The position numbers and the translations under genes were made by a program. From Diplonema japonicum (lineage: Eukaryota > Protista > Euglenozoa: Diplonemea): 64,000 nt of DNA. Position 1 is the stretch's first letter. Each line of letters opens with the position of its first letter. The stretch covers positions 1 through 64,000 of the forward strand of contig OZ025684.1 of assembly GCA_964019335.1 (NCBI GenBank), given 5' to 3'. Positions 41,141 through 52,600 of this stretch are shown piece by piece. The notes beneath the pieces are model-generated. The model was not told the origin of the DNA and ran no database searches. It saw only the letters and a program-made list of their open reading frames with translations.

Positions 41141-42467
41141 TTAAAAGAAAAAGAAAAATACAATATCTTGTATTGGCTCCGAGTGCGACTTGTTGTCCTC
41201 GCTATTTGTGCTTCAAATTAATAAACGAGTCTGACTGCCTTTCGATAACTTATCTTGAAGAGGATGGGGGATTGCAATTATTCTCCGTTGCCTAACACCA
41301 GTGTTGCTTGTCGCAGAGATGGTTTGTTTAGAGGAGAAGAGTGGTCCGTGCCCTCCGTGCCCTTCGAAGACGTGCTGCCGCCGTTCTAGAAACGCAGCTC
41401 TCTGATCTGCGGTGCCTTTTCATCTTTTATTAAATCAGGCACATCCTGCTGGCTTGCCACATCTCTCTAGAGGTGTGCCTTAAGTAAAGCTGTAAAGCGC
41501 GCACGACAGTGGAGGGAATGGTCGTGCGGCTGTCATCCCGGCTAGTCCCCCAAGCACATAATTGCTTTTTTTGAAGACACTTTGAAAGAAAAATAGTTAT
41601 GATATACACTTAAGAAATACCGGGGGGGAAAAGAATAATGAAGGGAGGAAAGGGGGAACCAGGAAAAAATAAATAAATGGGAAGGGGAAGTAAGGGATCT
41701 ATCACAACCTACACGACAGAAGAAAGAAAAAAGAAAATCTTATGGACATAAAGGAATTTCATGCTAATATTTCCTTGTTGTTTCTTTCTCATCACAGTTA
41801 TCTTTCGGCTTGCAAAATTAAAATGGAAAGGAGAAAAAGCAGAAAAGAAACAAAATTGCAAACCTAACAAAAAAAGATAGGGAAGGGGGAAAGGAGGTAG
41901 AATGGAAGCCAGGGAACATGTTAAAAGCTTGTATTAATAAGTTAGGAGATTAATCCGCCCACGCATCAAGAGAATACCTCGCCGTTAACCAGTTTATTCT
42001 GTATTCCTCTTCTTGTCTGCAGTACAGTTATCTCCGTAAATCGTAATGAATCATAAAAATTGCTAAAGTTATAAGGTTAGGACGCGTTCACAGATTGAAA
42101 CAACTGCAATGCCTTCTTCAAGCTTTGGCTGTCCAAAAGGAAGCACAAGAATCAGATCTCTTTTATCCATTTGGAACGGCTGCCATGCTCGAAAGAAAAT
42201 TTGGGTGTGCGGGTTGGTGCTCACCGTTTAGGGAGAAATTCACTTTAAGAAAGAAAATTAATCATTTTTTCCTTTTCTTTTTTCATTTCTTTCTTTTTGT
42301 AGTTGTATGCTAAGAACAAGAAATTGGGGAAGGGGGGGAGAGAGTAGAGAGGTAAATATTTATTTTTGTTTTCCCTTTTTCTTTTTTCTCGTTTACTTTT
42401 AATTCTACTGAAACGAGATGGTAGAAAAGAGTTCAGTTGCCGTTACAATTGACTTAGTAGGACTGAT

Positions 42468-45400
42468 CTAGGCGGCATTGCTCTTCTTGCAGATTGCGAT
42501 GAAGACCTGTTCGAGGGAAGTCTCGCTGATGGAGTAGTCGATGATCTTGAGGGGGTCGCGCGCCTTCTGGATCGTGGAGAACATCTGCGACAGCTTCTGC
42601 CCTGCGGTGAGCTGGTAGGTGAGACGGTGGTTGGTCTGTTCCACCAGAGTCGAGTTCGGGAAGCTCGTTTCGAAAAACCTCACCACCTCTTCCTCCTTCG
42701 ACGGGGTCACCTTCACCTCCACCTCGTAGGCCCCTCCGAACTTGTGCTTCAGGTGGGAGAGGGATCCGAGGCACTGGAGCCTCCCGTCTACCATGATCGC
42801 CGTGCGGTGGGCCAGGGCCTCTACCTCCTCCAAGTGGTGGGTCGTGAGGACCACGCACCTCCCCTTCCCGATAGACTGAAGCGCTGTCCACATTCCTCTC
42901 CTCGCCACAGGGTCCATCCCGGCGGTGGGCTCGTCCAGCAGGATGCACGACGGGCCCCCGATCAGGGAGATCGCGATGCTCGTCTTCCGCTTGTTGCCCC
43001 CGGACAGCCTCTTGCACACCGTGTTCCTGTGGTCCTGAAGCCCCAGCACCCTGATCAGCCCTTCCGTCATCTCCTCTCGCATTCCCATCGGGACCCCACG
43101 CAACGCGGCGTACAGCGAGATGTGCTCCAACGGCGTCAGCAGGTCCAGCAGAGCGTCGAACTGCGGGCAGTACCCAAGCTCCCTCTTCGCCTCAGCCGCT
43201 TCCATCACCACGTCGTAGCCCTTGATGGAGGCACACCCGGAGGTCGGGAGGAAGTTCCCGGCCAAGACCTCGATCGTGGTCGTCTTCCCCGCCCCGTTCG
43301 TCCCCAGGAAAGCAAAGATCTCGTCCGTCTTCACCCCGAAAGTCACGTCCTTCACCGCCACCTTCGGAGGAACAGACGGGTACACCTTTCGAAGCTGCTG
43401 CACCTTCACCACATCCCCCGCCCTCCCCTGAAGCACTGCGCTCCTCTCGGCCGCAACGTCCTCGTCCTCCTCCGCAGCCCGCATCTCCATCGCGATGTCG
43501 CTGTCGGGACCGGGGGGCTTCCTCAGGCGGAGGATGTACCAGATCTGAGGGAAGTCGTGGGCCATCGCAAGCACTGCGAACACTGGGAACATCAAACACA
43601 GGAACAAGATGTCCCACCCAACCACATCCATCGACAAGGGGGTGTTTGTGGTTGCGCCAGTCTTTTGCTTGCTTGGTAAGTTCGAAAGAGCCAAGATCCC
43701 ATCACCCAAGCAGAAGGAGGGGATCACACGGAACACGAAACGGAGGGCCTTCGCCACATCTTTTGTTGACGAGATGATTTCCAAAATGCTAACAGTAATG
43801 ACGAGGGCGAACCCAGAGAAGTAGTTTCCAAGAAGAACAGTGTTCTGGCCGGTGGTTGCACTCGAGAAGTAGAATGATGCCAAATACGAAGCAAAGATGG
43901 CAGTCACACCGTAGAAGAAGAACAGCAACAGCGTAGCGAAGAAGGCCTCGCCGCTCCCCACGTACTCGTCACGCCCGAACATGAGGAAGATGAGGATGGC
44001 AAGAGTGGAGCTCACAGTGAAGGAAACCAGGTCCCAGCAGAAGTTGGACAGCCAGTAGGCACTGAGCTTCACACCAGAAACAACCTGAACGTGCTTCGAT
44101 TTGCTCACACGCTCCTTCACCAAGAATGCTACGTAGTTCGCAGGAATGAAACAGAAGGGAAGCATGATGAAGACCGCTGTTAGTGTAGCCTTTATACCTG
44201 CAGATTGATCTTCGTGATAGGCACTGTACGGCAGGGGATTGTTCACAAGCTTGATACCCTCCGTGCTTCCGTGCTGCTGCCTGTACTGCTCCGAGGCGAA
44301 GCCGTTCATGGCAATGGGAAGGCTGTGCATGCTGCTTGTGTTGTGGAACAGTGTCATCGGGGAAGAGAAGTCCGCAGCCGGCTGGAACAGTGCCTGCCAG
44401 CACCTTTCATCCTCATTAGATCGGTGCAGGAGCCAGTTGCTCATGTTCGCAGGATTGTCAAATGTATCAGGCCTGGGGCTCACTCCTTCGATCATGTTGC
44501 TCACAGCAAAAGGGCTGCCCACAGGTGCCACAGGGAAGATTGAATCCTCACTGTACTTGAAGAGGTCGATCGCCTTCAAAGAGGTGCTTCCTATCAAACC
44601 GTCTAAAAGTAAAGCGTACATCACAACCACAACAGGAAGGATAAGCTGGAAGCAGACTGTGCACCTGTCACGCTTGCTGTACTGAAGCCTCTTCCTCAAC
44701 AACCCGTGCCATTGAGACATGTACAGAACCTTGTCCTGCATCCTGTCCGCCGGGTCCATGTCGATCCCCTCGAGATGTTTCACTTCTTGTCCCGATGCAT
44801 GCTGCTGCTGTTCCTGATGATGGTCGTCCTCAGCCTCGTGGTCGTGTGCAATCTTGATGAAGATCTCTTCCAAGGTGGTCACGCTCATCCCGAAGGTCTT
44901 CACCCCGAGCTGCTGCCCGGCCGACTCCAGCTGTTCGAACAGGTGCGCGAAGTTTGGAAGCCCCCACATCGGGACCCTGTATGCAAGCTCCGAACCAGCC
45001 GACGAAAGAAGTTCCACATCCTGTTCGCCGGTCTTCCTCAGGGGGCCCACCTGGTCCTTGATGGTGCGCGTGATGTTGTCGATGCTCGCCCCTGGTGCCA
45101 GCTCCATCGTGAGGTTGTAGCCGACACCAAGTTTCTGCTTCAGGAAGAATGACGATCCCCAGCAGTTCACACGCCCGCCGTGCAGGATCGCGATCGAGTC
45201 ACCCAGCAGGTCCGCCTCGTCCATGAAGTGTGTCGTCAGCAAGATGGTCCGTCCAGCCCTCACAGTCTTCAGAAGGTCCCAGATCGCACGCCTCGCCTGC
45301 ACATCCATCCCAGCTGTTGGTTCGTCCAAGATGATGAACCTCGGTCCCCCCATCAGAGCGATCCCTACGCTGAGCTTTCGCTTCATCCCACCAGACAACG

Positions 45401-47507
45401 ATGCCGAGTAAACGTCCTTCTTGTCACTGAGCTCGACCTTCGCCAGAATATCGTCCACGTGCTCTTCGATCGTGTCCATCGGGATCCCCTTCACACGACC
45501 GTAGTAACGAAGGTGCTCCGCACATGTCATGTTGTCCCACAGGATGTTGTGCTGCGGGCACAACCCGATGTCGCGTCTCACCTCCCCGAGGTTGTGGGCG
45601 ATGGAGTTCCCGTACACGCTGGCATCACCGGAAGTCACAGGAAGCATCCCCGTCAACATGTTGATGAGCGTCGTCTTCCCAGCCCCGTTGTGCCCCAGCA
45701 GTGCCAGAATCTGGCCCTCGTACAGCGACAGGTTCACGTTGTTCACCGCCACGTTCGTCGTCCCCTCGTTGTCGAACTCTTTCCGCAGGTTCGTTATCGA
45801 GATCCGCTTCTTCTCCAGCAGGGATGGGTCAGTGATGCTCTCAAGGTTCTTCTTGTCGAACACACCGTCAGCAGCATCCTCTATTTCCAGGTTCTCGAAG
45901 CTTATTGTCTTGAACCAGTACGAAGGCCAGCAGTAGTAACACCAAGGCTTCTTCGCACCCCACTCACTGGGAAGAACTTGGTCCAGCCACACAGCCAGGA
46001 GGAGGTACAGGAAGGTGTCGATCCACATAAATCCGAGGGACAGGGAGAAAGAATACGAGCCATCAGTTGCGGTGCTCCAGGTCAAGGGGACCCCCTTCCC
46101 AGCAGCCTCGTACACAAGCGTCACTGCTTGCCCGAAGGCATAAGTGTTGAAGAATGACAGGGTCACTTGCGTCGTTGTCGATGAGTTCGTGAGCACCAGC
46201 GAGGGAATAGCTGTCACAAGGTACACCATGGGGCTCACAAGACTCGCCAGAGAAGCCTTCGAGAAAAACACAGACAACATGATGCCAGCTGCCGCCAAGG
46301 ACATGCAGTAGCTCCAGAACAGCATGAAGATGATCCCAAAGTTTGTCCCGCTCAAGTAAGTTGTTCCCACCACAATTGCAAGGAGGAGCCCTGTGATCGA
46401 CAGTTGCAAAACAGTTGTCATCACCCAAGACAGCTTGAAGGCCGTGGAGGACAGCCCCATGATGAGCATCGCCTCTCGGATCCGCGCCTCCTTCTCGCGA
46501 ACAATGGAAGAAACCATTTGAGACAAAGGGAACAGGAAGGCCATTGTGAGCAAAAGGGGGAGAAATGACCCGACGCTTTTCAAGAAGCCGTTCGAATGGT
46601 ACCCTTGCACAGGCATCGGGACGATGGCGGAGGGGACCTCAGCCCCAGTGATGTTGGCATTGATGAGGCTCTGAAGGGTGAGGAAGCCACCACCAATATA
46701 CTGACGGTAGGTCGTGTCGTAGCCAATGTCTTCAGCGGTGGAAGTCGCGGTGTCAGGAACAGCTGTGTAGTTCATCCTGATGGTGTACTCAGTGAGATTG
46801 TTGAAGACGATAACAGCCCATATCTTGCTGGACCCCTCCTTTGACGATGCGTAGTCAGTCGCCGCTTTCTCACTCTTGAAACTCCTCTTCGTGTACTTGT
46901 AGGTGTGCGTGTTGGTCAAAAACCAATCGTCGAACCTCTCCACAAGGGCAGGCTCCCCCATGATGCTGATGTTCCCCCCAGTGCGCAGCGCGTTCGCAAC
47001 GTTCACTCCTTCGTCATCTGTCCCAGGGAGATCCACAGTCTGTGCGAAGTTCCTCCACAGGGCCACAACGTCGAAGCTGGGAATCGTGGTGGAGTTGCGA
47101 ATGTCGTACCAAGGGGAGAGGAGCTCCTCGAGGGCACCGTTGTCGTTGTTGTCGGGAACAGAAGAGTTCAGGCACAGATTCCCCAAGCAGTGCCACTCGG
47201 GAGGGGTGTCCGTACAGGTGGCGTACCCCATGGGCTCAGCCTGACCGTCGAGACGGCACATCCATGGCTTGAAGTGCGCATCCACATCGAAGTGGTTCTC
47301 GAGGTACTCCAAGTCCTTGTAGTTGTCGGAGCCCGCTGCATAGTACGCAGGCAACAGCATTACCATGAAGAGCACAGGAAGCAGAATCTCCAACAGTGTA
47401 CCCTTCCACGATCGCAGCTTCAACCGCACGTTCTTCTCCATCACGAAGTAAACCGCTGCCAGCACATTGGGCCTCTCGAACTCCCCAACCCTGACGCCGC
47501 CGAGCAT
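42468..47507 (-). CDS. ABCA-family full transporter, copy 3
   Basis: Same motifs as copy 1. The first in-frame ATG is at 47507; the position equivalent to copy 1's first Met reads ACC. Confidence 0.95.
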   Translation of the reverse strand: MLGGVRVGEFERPNVLAAVYFVMEKNVRLKLRSWKGTLLEILLPVLFMVMLLPAYYAAGSDNYKDLEYLENHFDVDAHFKPWMCRLDGQAEPMGYATCTDTPPEWHCLGNLCLNSSVPDNNDNGALEELLSPWYDIRNSTTIPSFDVVALWRNFAQTVDLPGTDDEGVNVANALRTGGNISIMGEPALVERFDDWFLTNTHTYKYTKRSFKSEKAATDYASSKEGSSKIWAVIVFNNLTEYTIRMNYTAVPDTATSTAEDIGYDTTYRQYIGGGFLTLQSLINANITGAEVPSAIVPMPVQGYHSNGFLKSVGSFLPLLLTMAFLFPLSQMVSSIVREKEARIREAMLIMGLSSTAFKLSWVMTTVLQLSITGLLLAIVVGTTYLSGTNFGIIFMLFWSYCMSLAAAGIMLSVFFSKASLASLVSPMVYLVTAIPSLVLTNSSTTTQVTLSFFNTYAFGQAVTLVYEAAGKGVPLTWSTATDGSYSFSLSLGFMWIDTFLYLLLAVWLDQVLPSEWGAKKPWCYYCWPSYWFKTISFENLEIEDAADGVFDKKNLESITDPSLLEKKRISITNLRKEFDNEGTTNVAVNNVNLSLYEGQILALLGHNGAGKTTLINMLTGMLPVTSGDASVYGNSIAHNLGEVRRDIGLCPQHNILWDNMTCAEHLRYYGRVKGIPMDTIEEHVDDILAKVELSDKKDVYSASLSGGMKRKLSVGIALMGGPRFIILDEPTAGMDVQARRAIWDLLKTVRAGRTILLTTHFMDEADLLGDSIAILHGGRVNCWGSSFFLKQKLGVGYNLTMELAPGASIDNITRTIKDQVGPLRKTGEQDVELLSSAGSELAYRVPMWGLPNFAHLFEQLESAGQQLGVKTFGMSVTTLEEIFIKIAHDHEAEDDHHQEQQQHASGQEVKHLEGIDMDPADRMQDKVLYMSQWHGLLRKRLQYSKRDRCTVCFQLILPVVVVMYALLLDGLIGSTSLKAIDLFKYSEDSIFPVAPVGSPFAVSNMIEGVSPRPDTFDNPANMSNWLLHRSNEDERCWQALFQPAADFSSPMTLFHNTSSMHSLPIAMNGFASEQYRQQHGSTEGIKLVNNPLPYSAYHEDQSAGIKATLTAVFIMLPFCFIPANYVAFLVKERVSKSKHVQVVSGVKLSAYWLSNFCWDLVSFTVSSTLAILIFLMFGRDEYVGSGEAFFATLLLFFFYGVTAIFASYLASFYFSSATTGQNTVLLGNYFSGFALVITVSILEIISSTKDVAKALRFVFRVIPSFCLGDGILALSNLPSKQKTGATTNTPLSMDVVGWDILFLCLMFPVFAVLAMAHDFPQIWYILRLRKPPGPDSDIAMEMRAAEEDEDVAAERSAVLQGRAGDVVKVQQLRKVYPSVPPKVAVKDVTFGVKTDEIFAFLGTNGAGKTTTIEVLAGNFLPTSGCASIKGYDVVMEAAEAKRELGYCPQFDALLDLLTPLEHISLYAALRGVPMGMREEMTEGLIRVLGLQDHRNTVCKRLSGGNKRKTSIAISLIGGPSCILLDEPTAGMDPVARRGMWTALQSIGKGRCVVLTTHHLEEVEALAHRTAIMVDGRLQCLGSLSHLKHKFGGAYEVEVKVTPSKEEEVVRFFETSFPNSTLVEQTNHRLTYQLTAGQKLSQMFSTIQKARDPLKIIDYSISETSLEQVFIAICKKSNAA

Positions 47508-47666
47508 CGGGGTCAATGGATTCGCTTTGGTCGAAATTTTAATGTTTTAACTGTGTGGAATGGTGGGAGGTTAGAGACTTGTTCTACTATATAATAAGGT
47601 TTCAGAGAAGGAGCGCAGCACGAACTGTAAAGATCGTGCTGGATAATAATATTGATACATGGGGTG

Positions 47667-47980
47667 TCACCTGTTTACCTCGCGAAGCGCTTTAATAGAC
47701 TTAACAGCGTCGGTGGGGTTGATGTTCTACGAGCAGGTGCAGCAGTAGCAAGGCATACCTGTATCTTCCTCCATGTCTCCTTGCTGATCGTCACTGTCAC
47801 GGTATCGTCGTCGTTGGCCTCCATCGTGTCAAGCTCGCTACGCAGCACGTTGATCGCAGCGCCTCTCGTAGGGGGTGTCTGCAGTAATATAGCATGAACG
47901 AGTTTGTCAAGAAGCTCAGGTGCACCTATAGACTGCAAGTAGGCTGCCTTTTCGGCAGAAGCAGTTTCCCTTTCAGGCAT
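47667..47980 (-). CDS. Small protein with an RIIa/Dpy-30-like dimerisation-docking motif; possible 32-nt intron at 47727-47758
   Basis: AAYLQSIGAPELLDKLVHAILLQTP resembles the YLxxxxIxxLLxxLxxxLLxxxP pattern. CAG|GTATGC..TCGTAG|AAC would give the C-terminus NINPTDAVKSIKALREVNR. Confidence 0.55.
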
Positions 47981-48167
47981 TTCTTTTTCCTCCCAAGAGC
48001 CCTTTCTTTAAAATATACTAAGGTATGCGTTTCTGCGCTTACCGGACTCCTCGCGCAAATATAATTTCACAAATCTTTCAATTAGGGAGCAATAAAAAAA
48101 AATACAAACTTATTTACCAGGGACGGGGAAAGGAGATAATAAAAATAGAACAGTGTAAATGACTTTC

Positions 48168-48731
48168 TTAGGGACAGGGGCCATGCTTTGCACGTATGTG
48201 ACAAGCAAAACACCCAAGCGCACAAAATATTATCGCGGCAAATAGGACAGCAGAGGCTAGGAAAAGATATGTTGACAATTCATCAGGAGGGCTGCTGGTG
48301 GGAGATGCGACTGGGCTGGACGGCTGGTGATTGCGCCCCGCATCGGTGAAGAGGGTGATTACAGTGAAGATAGTGATGAAGAAGAAGGTCATGGCGAACA
48401 CCGTGCAAATTGCACGTTTGCAGCATTTGATGTGAGCCTTTGCCCGCATTGTCAAGCGCAAGTAAATTGCGCATCCAAGCATACAGCAGGTGCATAAGAT
48501 CCATAATACTGAACCACCTACTCGGATGACTGCTACATCCCCAAACGCGGCCATGTACAGCCCGCACCACCCAAGGGTGTACCCTACTGGTGTGCACCAC
48601 AAGGCCACCATAAACCCTCTGTTCACCTCCCCCACAACGTGAATCGGCACCAACGGGACTGGAACGGCAAGCACTGGTGAAGCCAACGGGACACCTACTA
48701 CAACCACCGACATCTCTTCTTCATTTATCAT
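48168..48731 (-). CDS. Hypothetical membrane protein with about 4 TM segments
   Basis: Four hydrophobic segments; likely start MINEEEM at 48731. Confidence 0.6.
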   Translation of the reverse strand: MINEEEMSVVVVGVPLASPVLAVPVPLVPIHVVGEVNRGFMVALWCTPVGYTLGWCGLYMAAFGDVAVIRVGGSVLWILCTCCMLGCAIYLRLTMRAKAHIKCCKRAICTVFAMTFFFITIFTVITLFTDAGRNHQPSSPVASPTSSPPDELSTYLFLASAVLFAAIIFCALGCFACHIRAKHGPCP

Positions 48732-49180
48732 CCTAAAGATAAAAATAAATGAGATAAGAGATAACATATTAGGAAGAAAGAAAAGAATGTACACGTTTCG
48801 TTTAAGCCTGAAAAACGGGGAGAACACCGAAAAATATGGAATTCTCAATGTTATTCAAAACAATATTCACTAATAAGTACTGCCTTTCCTTTCACTGTGA
48901 AAAGAAGAGTGAATAACACTAAGGAGAAACTATCGAAAAACAGTAGTTTCTAGAGAATAGCTGAAAACGGGGGGCGGGGGGCCGAATGAAGCTTAGAGGT
49001 TTCAAGAAAAGCTCAAATTGCCTCCAGAGGTACCCAGTGCAACAATGACCTTTCCGACAGGCCCGCTGTTCCCGTACCCATAGGAAAGAAGATGAAAAGA
49101 AGAAGAGCAACGGAACATAAGGACTTGTTTGCACACGAGGGATACCTTACTAACAAGATTCTCATTGCGCATAACGTTCG

Positions 49181-50623
49181 CTATTGATGGCCATATGGGA
49201 TCCAGTCCTTGATGATCATCATACAATACATGGCGTCTGCCCACCCGAACCAGTCCCTGTTGTACTTGGTGGGGTCGCCTGGTGCAAAGCCTTCGTGAAG
49301 AAGTTCCTGCCCAGCAAGCGTTGTCAGTATCTGGTGGAGCTTCACACGCTTGACATCACGCGAGGGAGACGTCAGCCCTTCCATGATAAGCCCTAAGTGC
49401 CAGATACAGTTTCCAGTGCACTGTGGGCCTGGGTTGTGCGATCGCAGACCGAAGGAATGATGCTGCGACCCGAGGCCCGTCGCAAAGCTACCCTTGAAGT
49501 AGTTTTCATCCTTATTGGACAGCACAAAGGCCCTGGTGTTGTTGTACAACTGAAGATGGTCTGCGTACCCAAGGTATGGAAGCCACAGGAGGTTCGGGAG
49601 GTTTGCATCGTCCAGAGCTGTCTGCTTCCCGTAGCCGTCCGCTTCGTAGGCGTAGATCTTCTGCTCGCCGTTGGACATGACGCCGTACTTCTCAATGGCT
49701 GCTTCAACAGTCGCTGCGATGGTCTCTATCTGTGCGATCTCACTTTGGAACCCACCTGACGCTTGCAGCAGTGTGACAAGCTTTTTTATGACGACGACAA
49801 GCATGATGTTGTCGGGGATGCTGTACCCACCAGAGGTAGGGTCGTCAGACGGCCTTGCGAAGCTCCACACAAGCCCGATGCCGTCCTTGACCTTGCAGCC
49901 TTCAGGCTTGTCGAAAACATAAGGCGACTTTGAATTATGATACATCTCAATCTGCAGAAGGGAAATGATGCTACCGAGTGCTGTCTTAAAAGCGGGCTTC
50001 TGCACATGAGAAGTGCGATTCGTTGCACTGTAGTACTGATAATGGAAGAGGAGGACGTGCAGAACGGAGTCAAGTTCGAAGTCTCGCTGGAACGTGTAAT
50101 CACCGCAGGTGGGGGCACACTGGGTGCAGGTGCAGGAGGGACAGTTCTTGGAAGGAGGGCACTCGTGCTTAGTTGGGCCAACGGAGGCAGAGTCGACGAA
50201 AGCAGAACCGTAGATGTCTGTATTGATAAAGGACACCATGCGGTGCATCGCTGACTCGATCACGAGGCCTGTGTTGGGGAACTGCTGTGGGTTGCCTTCC
50301 AAGGCACTGAGGTACGGGAGCAGCTCGTAACATGAGTCACGCAGCCACATCCACCCAATGTCTCCTGTTGTCACGTAAGTGCTGTCGTCCTCGGCAAACA
50401 CCTCGAAAGCCTTAGTTGCCGTGAACAGGAAGCTTGCGTTGAATACCACAGCTGCTTGCTTCGCCTCCGCCTGTGTCAGCCCCCACGAGCCGCTGACTGC
50501 GTTTATTTTGTCCACAAGCATGGACGACTGACCTTTCATTTCCATCACACATGCTTGCTGCACCTCTGCCATCGAAGCCGTGCATGCAGCTCCGCACAGC
50601 ATGAAGGTGAAAAGCCGTATCAT
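49181..50623 (-). CDS. Secreted glycoside hydrolase family 125 (exo-alpha-1,6-mannosidase-like)
   Basis: TGDIGWMWLRDS, FELDS, RPSDD, YAYEADG, DDANLPNLL, LHEGF and RDWFGWA motifs; signal peptide. Confidence 0.9.
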   Translation of the reverse strand: MIRLFTFMLCGAACTASMAEVQQACVMEMKGQSSMLVDKINAVSGSWGLTQAEAKQAAVVFNASFLFTATKAFEVFAEDDSTYVTTGDIGWMWLRDSCYELLPYLSALEGNPQQFPNTGLVIESAMHRMVSFINTDIYGSAFVDSASVGPTKHECPPSKNCPSCTCTQCAPTCGDYTFQRDFELDSVLHVLLFHYQYYSATNRTSHVQKPAFKTALGSIISLLQIEMYHNSKSPYVFDKPEGCKVKDGIGLVWSFARPSDDPTSGGYSIPDNIMLVVVIKKLVTLLQASGGFQSEIAQIETIAATVEAAIEKYGVMSNGEQKIYAYEADGYGKQTALDDANLPNLLWLPYLGYADHLQLYNNTRAFVLSNKDENYFKGSFATGLGSQHHSFGLRSHNPGPQCTGNCIWHLGLIMEGLTSPSRDVKRVKLHQILTTLAGQELLHEGFAPGDPTKYNRDWFGWADAMYCMMIIKDWIPYGHQ

Positions 50624-51157
50624 GTTTGCTCGACTACTGTGCTAATTAGGTTAAAAGACAAGGTGGTGATAAGAAAAAAAATGAAACGATTTGTTGTTTG
50701 TGCACAGCCGGGATTAACCTGTAGAAGGATAAGCCCAACAATGCTACCACTACTCTTTTTAGCAATAACAATTCATTATCAATATATTGTTTTTCTTGTT
50801 CATGCAAAAAAAAAAACACAAATTGTTAAAAAGAAAAAAGCTCACATTGGTGAAGTCTTGAAGAATGGTATCGCACCACAATTAGCTTCATCAAAGGAAG
50901 GGGGGGTGGAATGGTAGAGGAGGAATAATGGCAGACAACCATTCGCGTTGAGGGACGGGGGGGGGAGAGAAAATACAAAGTCACCACAAATAAGGAAACA
51001 ATAACAATGGCCTTTTTTCTTTTTCCCCTTTGCGTTTTCTTTTTCTTTTTCTTTTTTCATTTATCGTTCTCGTGACTAAGTGACTTTTAAAAAAAGAAAA
51101 AGGGTTATAAAAAGGGGGGGAAATGTAAATGTCGTTCGGATCCAAACCTCCTTCTCA

Positions 51158-51760
51158 CTAATCTAGCATTCTGTCAGAATAATTTGCAAGGTACTTGGCG
51201 TTGATATGGTCTGGGGGGAAGAACTTGCACTTGCTTTGGATCTGCAGGATGTCTTGTTCCAGTTGATCGGCAAAGTTTTCCTCGTTAGGCATGTCGATCT
51301 CAAAGCGGATTCGGGTGATGAGGCCCTCGTACTCCTCAGCAGCAGTCCTGTGGGCCTCGGACTTTACCCCAAACTGGCAGCTTCCGCTGATGGACTGCAG
51401 TAGTGTAGCCACCGAAGCAAGGCACCCAACGAGGATGCCTGCATTCGTCTGCATAGACCCCGTAACAGAGGACGACGTACTCAAGAAGCTTGCTATCCCG
51501 CTTAGTGCTGAAATGATGATCGATGGTCCAATAATCCAGAACTCCAACCTCTCGAAATACCTTGCTGAGTCCAGGTGCGCGTCCCTCCTCTGCTGCAGGA
51601 CCTTAAGCTTTGACTGATACATTCTTAAGTGCTTTGCCGTAAACCATACAGGGGCAACGTATTTCTGAAGCTCTGACGTGCCATAGTTCACACTCACCCT
51701 CTCCTCGCCCGAGATGTTCACACTCCGCTGGACAAGACTTGAACGCTCTTCGGCAGACAT
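51158..51760 (-). CDS. SLATT-like two-TM protein
   Basis: AHLDSARYF, TM1 (IIGPSIIISALSGIASF), TM2 (GILVGCLASVATLLQSI), then F..KSEAHRTAAEEYEGL. ATG MSAEE at 51760. Confidence 0.7.
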   Translation of the reverse strand: MSAEERSSLVQRSVNISGEERVSVNYGTSELQKYVAPVWFTAKHLRMYQSKLKVLQQRRDAHLDSARYFERLEFWIIGPSIIISALSGIASFLSTSSSVTGSMQTNAGILVGCLASVATLLQSISGSCQFGVKSEAHRTAAEEYEGLITRIRFEIDMPNEENFADQLEQDILQIQSKCKFFPPDHINAKYLANYSDRMLD

Positions 51761-52600
51761 TGTTGGTTTTTTCTTCTTTTTATTTATTTGTTTGTTTCCT
51801 TCTTTTCCTTCTTTCATTTTTATTATAGAAAAAAAGAAAATAACCGAAATGAAGTAAAGGGAAAGGGGGAGGGGGGGGGGGGGGATATACATTCCCCTCC
51901 CCCTTTGTTATTGTTGGCATATCATCAGACCATTCTCTTCTCTGCATGTGGTGGAAGAAAGAAGAAGGAGCACAGAAAAAAAAAGGAATGAGGGGGGAGA
52001 AAAATAAACGAAAAAAAAACCACATCAATTTTTTCAGTATTCTTTTTCGCGTTTTATTAATTAAGCCTGTCCCCCACCCCCTCCGGAGAAGCACAGAGCA
52101 CCAAAATGTTTCTTTCTTTCTTCTCTCTCCGAGGGTTTCTTTGTTAATAACTGGGGGAAAAAAATCAGGAGGGCCAAACATAGCACCACACTCGGGGGGG
52201 GGAATGGTTTAAAATGCATATATTGGCCAATTATTCGCAACTTCGTGTCAAGAAAAAAATCTTAAATCTCATTATACCAAAGAGTAACGAAAATTATAGT
52301 TCTCCTTTAAAAAAGCAAAAACATAAAGAAAAACACTAAAATAGCACTTAGTGAAAACAACAATTAATGTCGCCACCTTGTAATAGTTGCAGATAAAGTT
52401 GTATAGCAGTAGGCCGAAACAAAAGGCATTTTATTCTGCTAACCTTATTTAGTGCTGCCATTCTCTGCATATTCTTTCGGACTTGAGAATCTTCAGAAAA
52501 CCTTGTGACAAATAGCGAAATAACTGACCATATATTCGGATGAAGAGTTGGTGCTAGCAAAGAAAGAAAAAAAAAAAACAATAAAGGCATTTAAAAAAAA

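Noticed and set aside
29804-47594. Long plus-strand and alternative-frame ORFs over the ABCA genes
   Set aside because: Shadow ORFs from high GC at third codon positions; no motifs.
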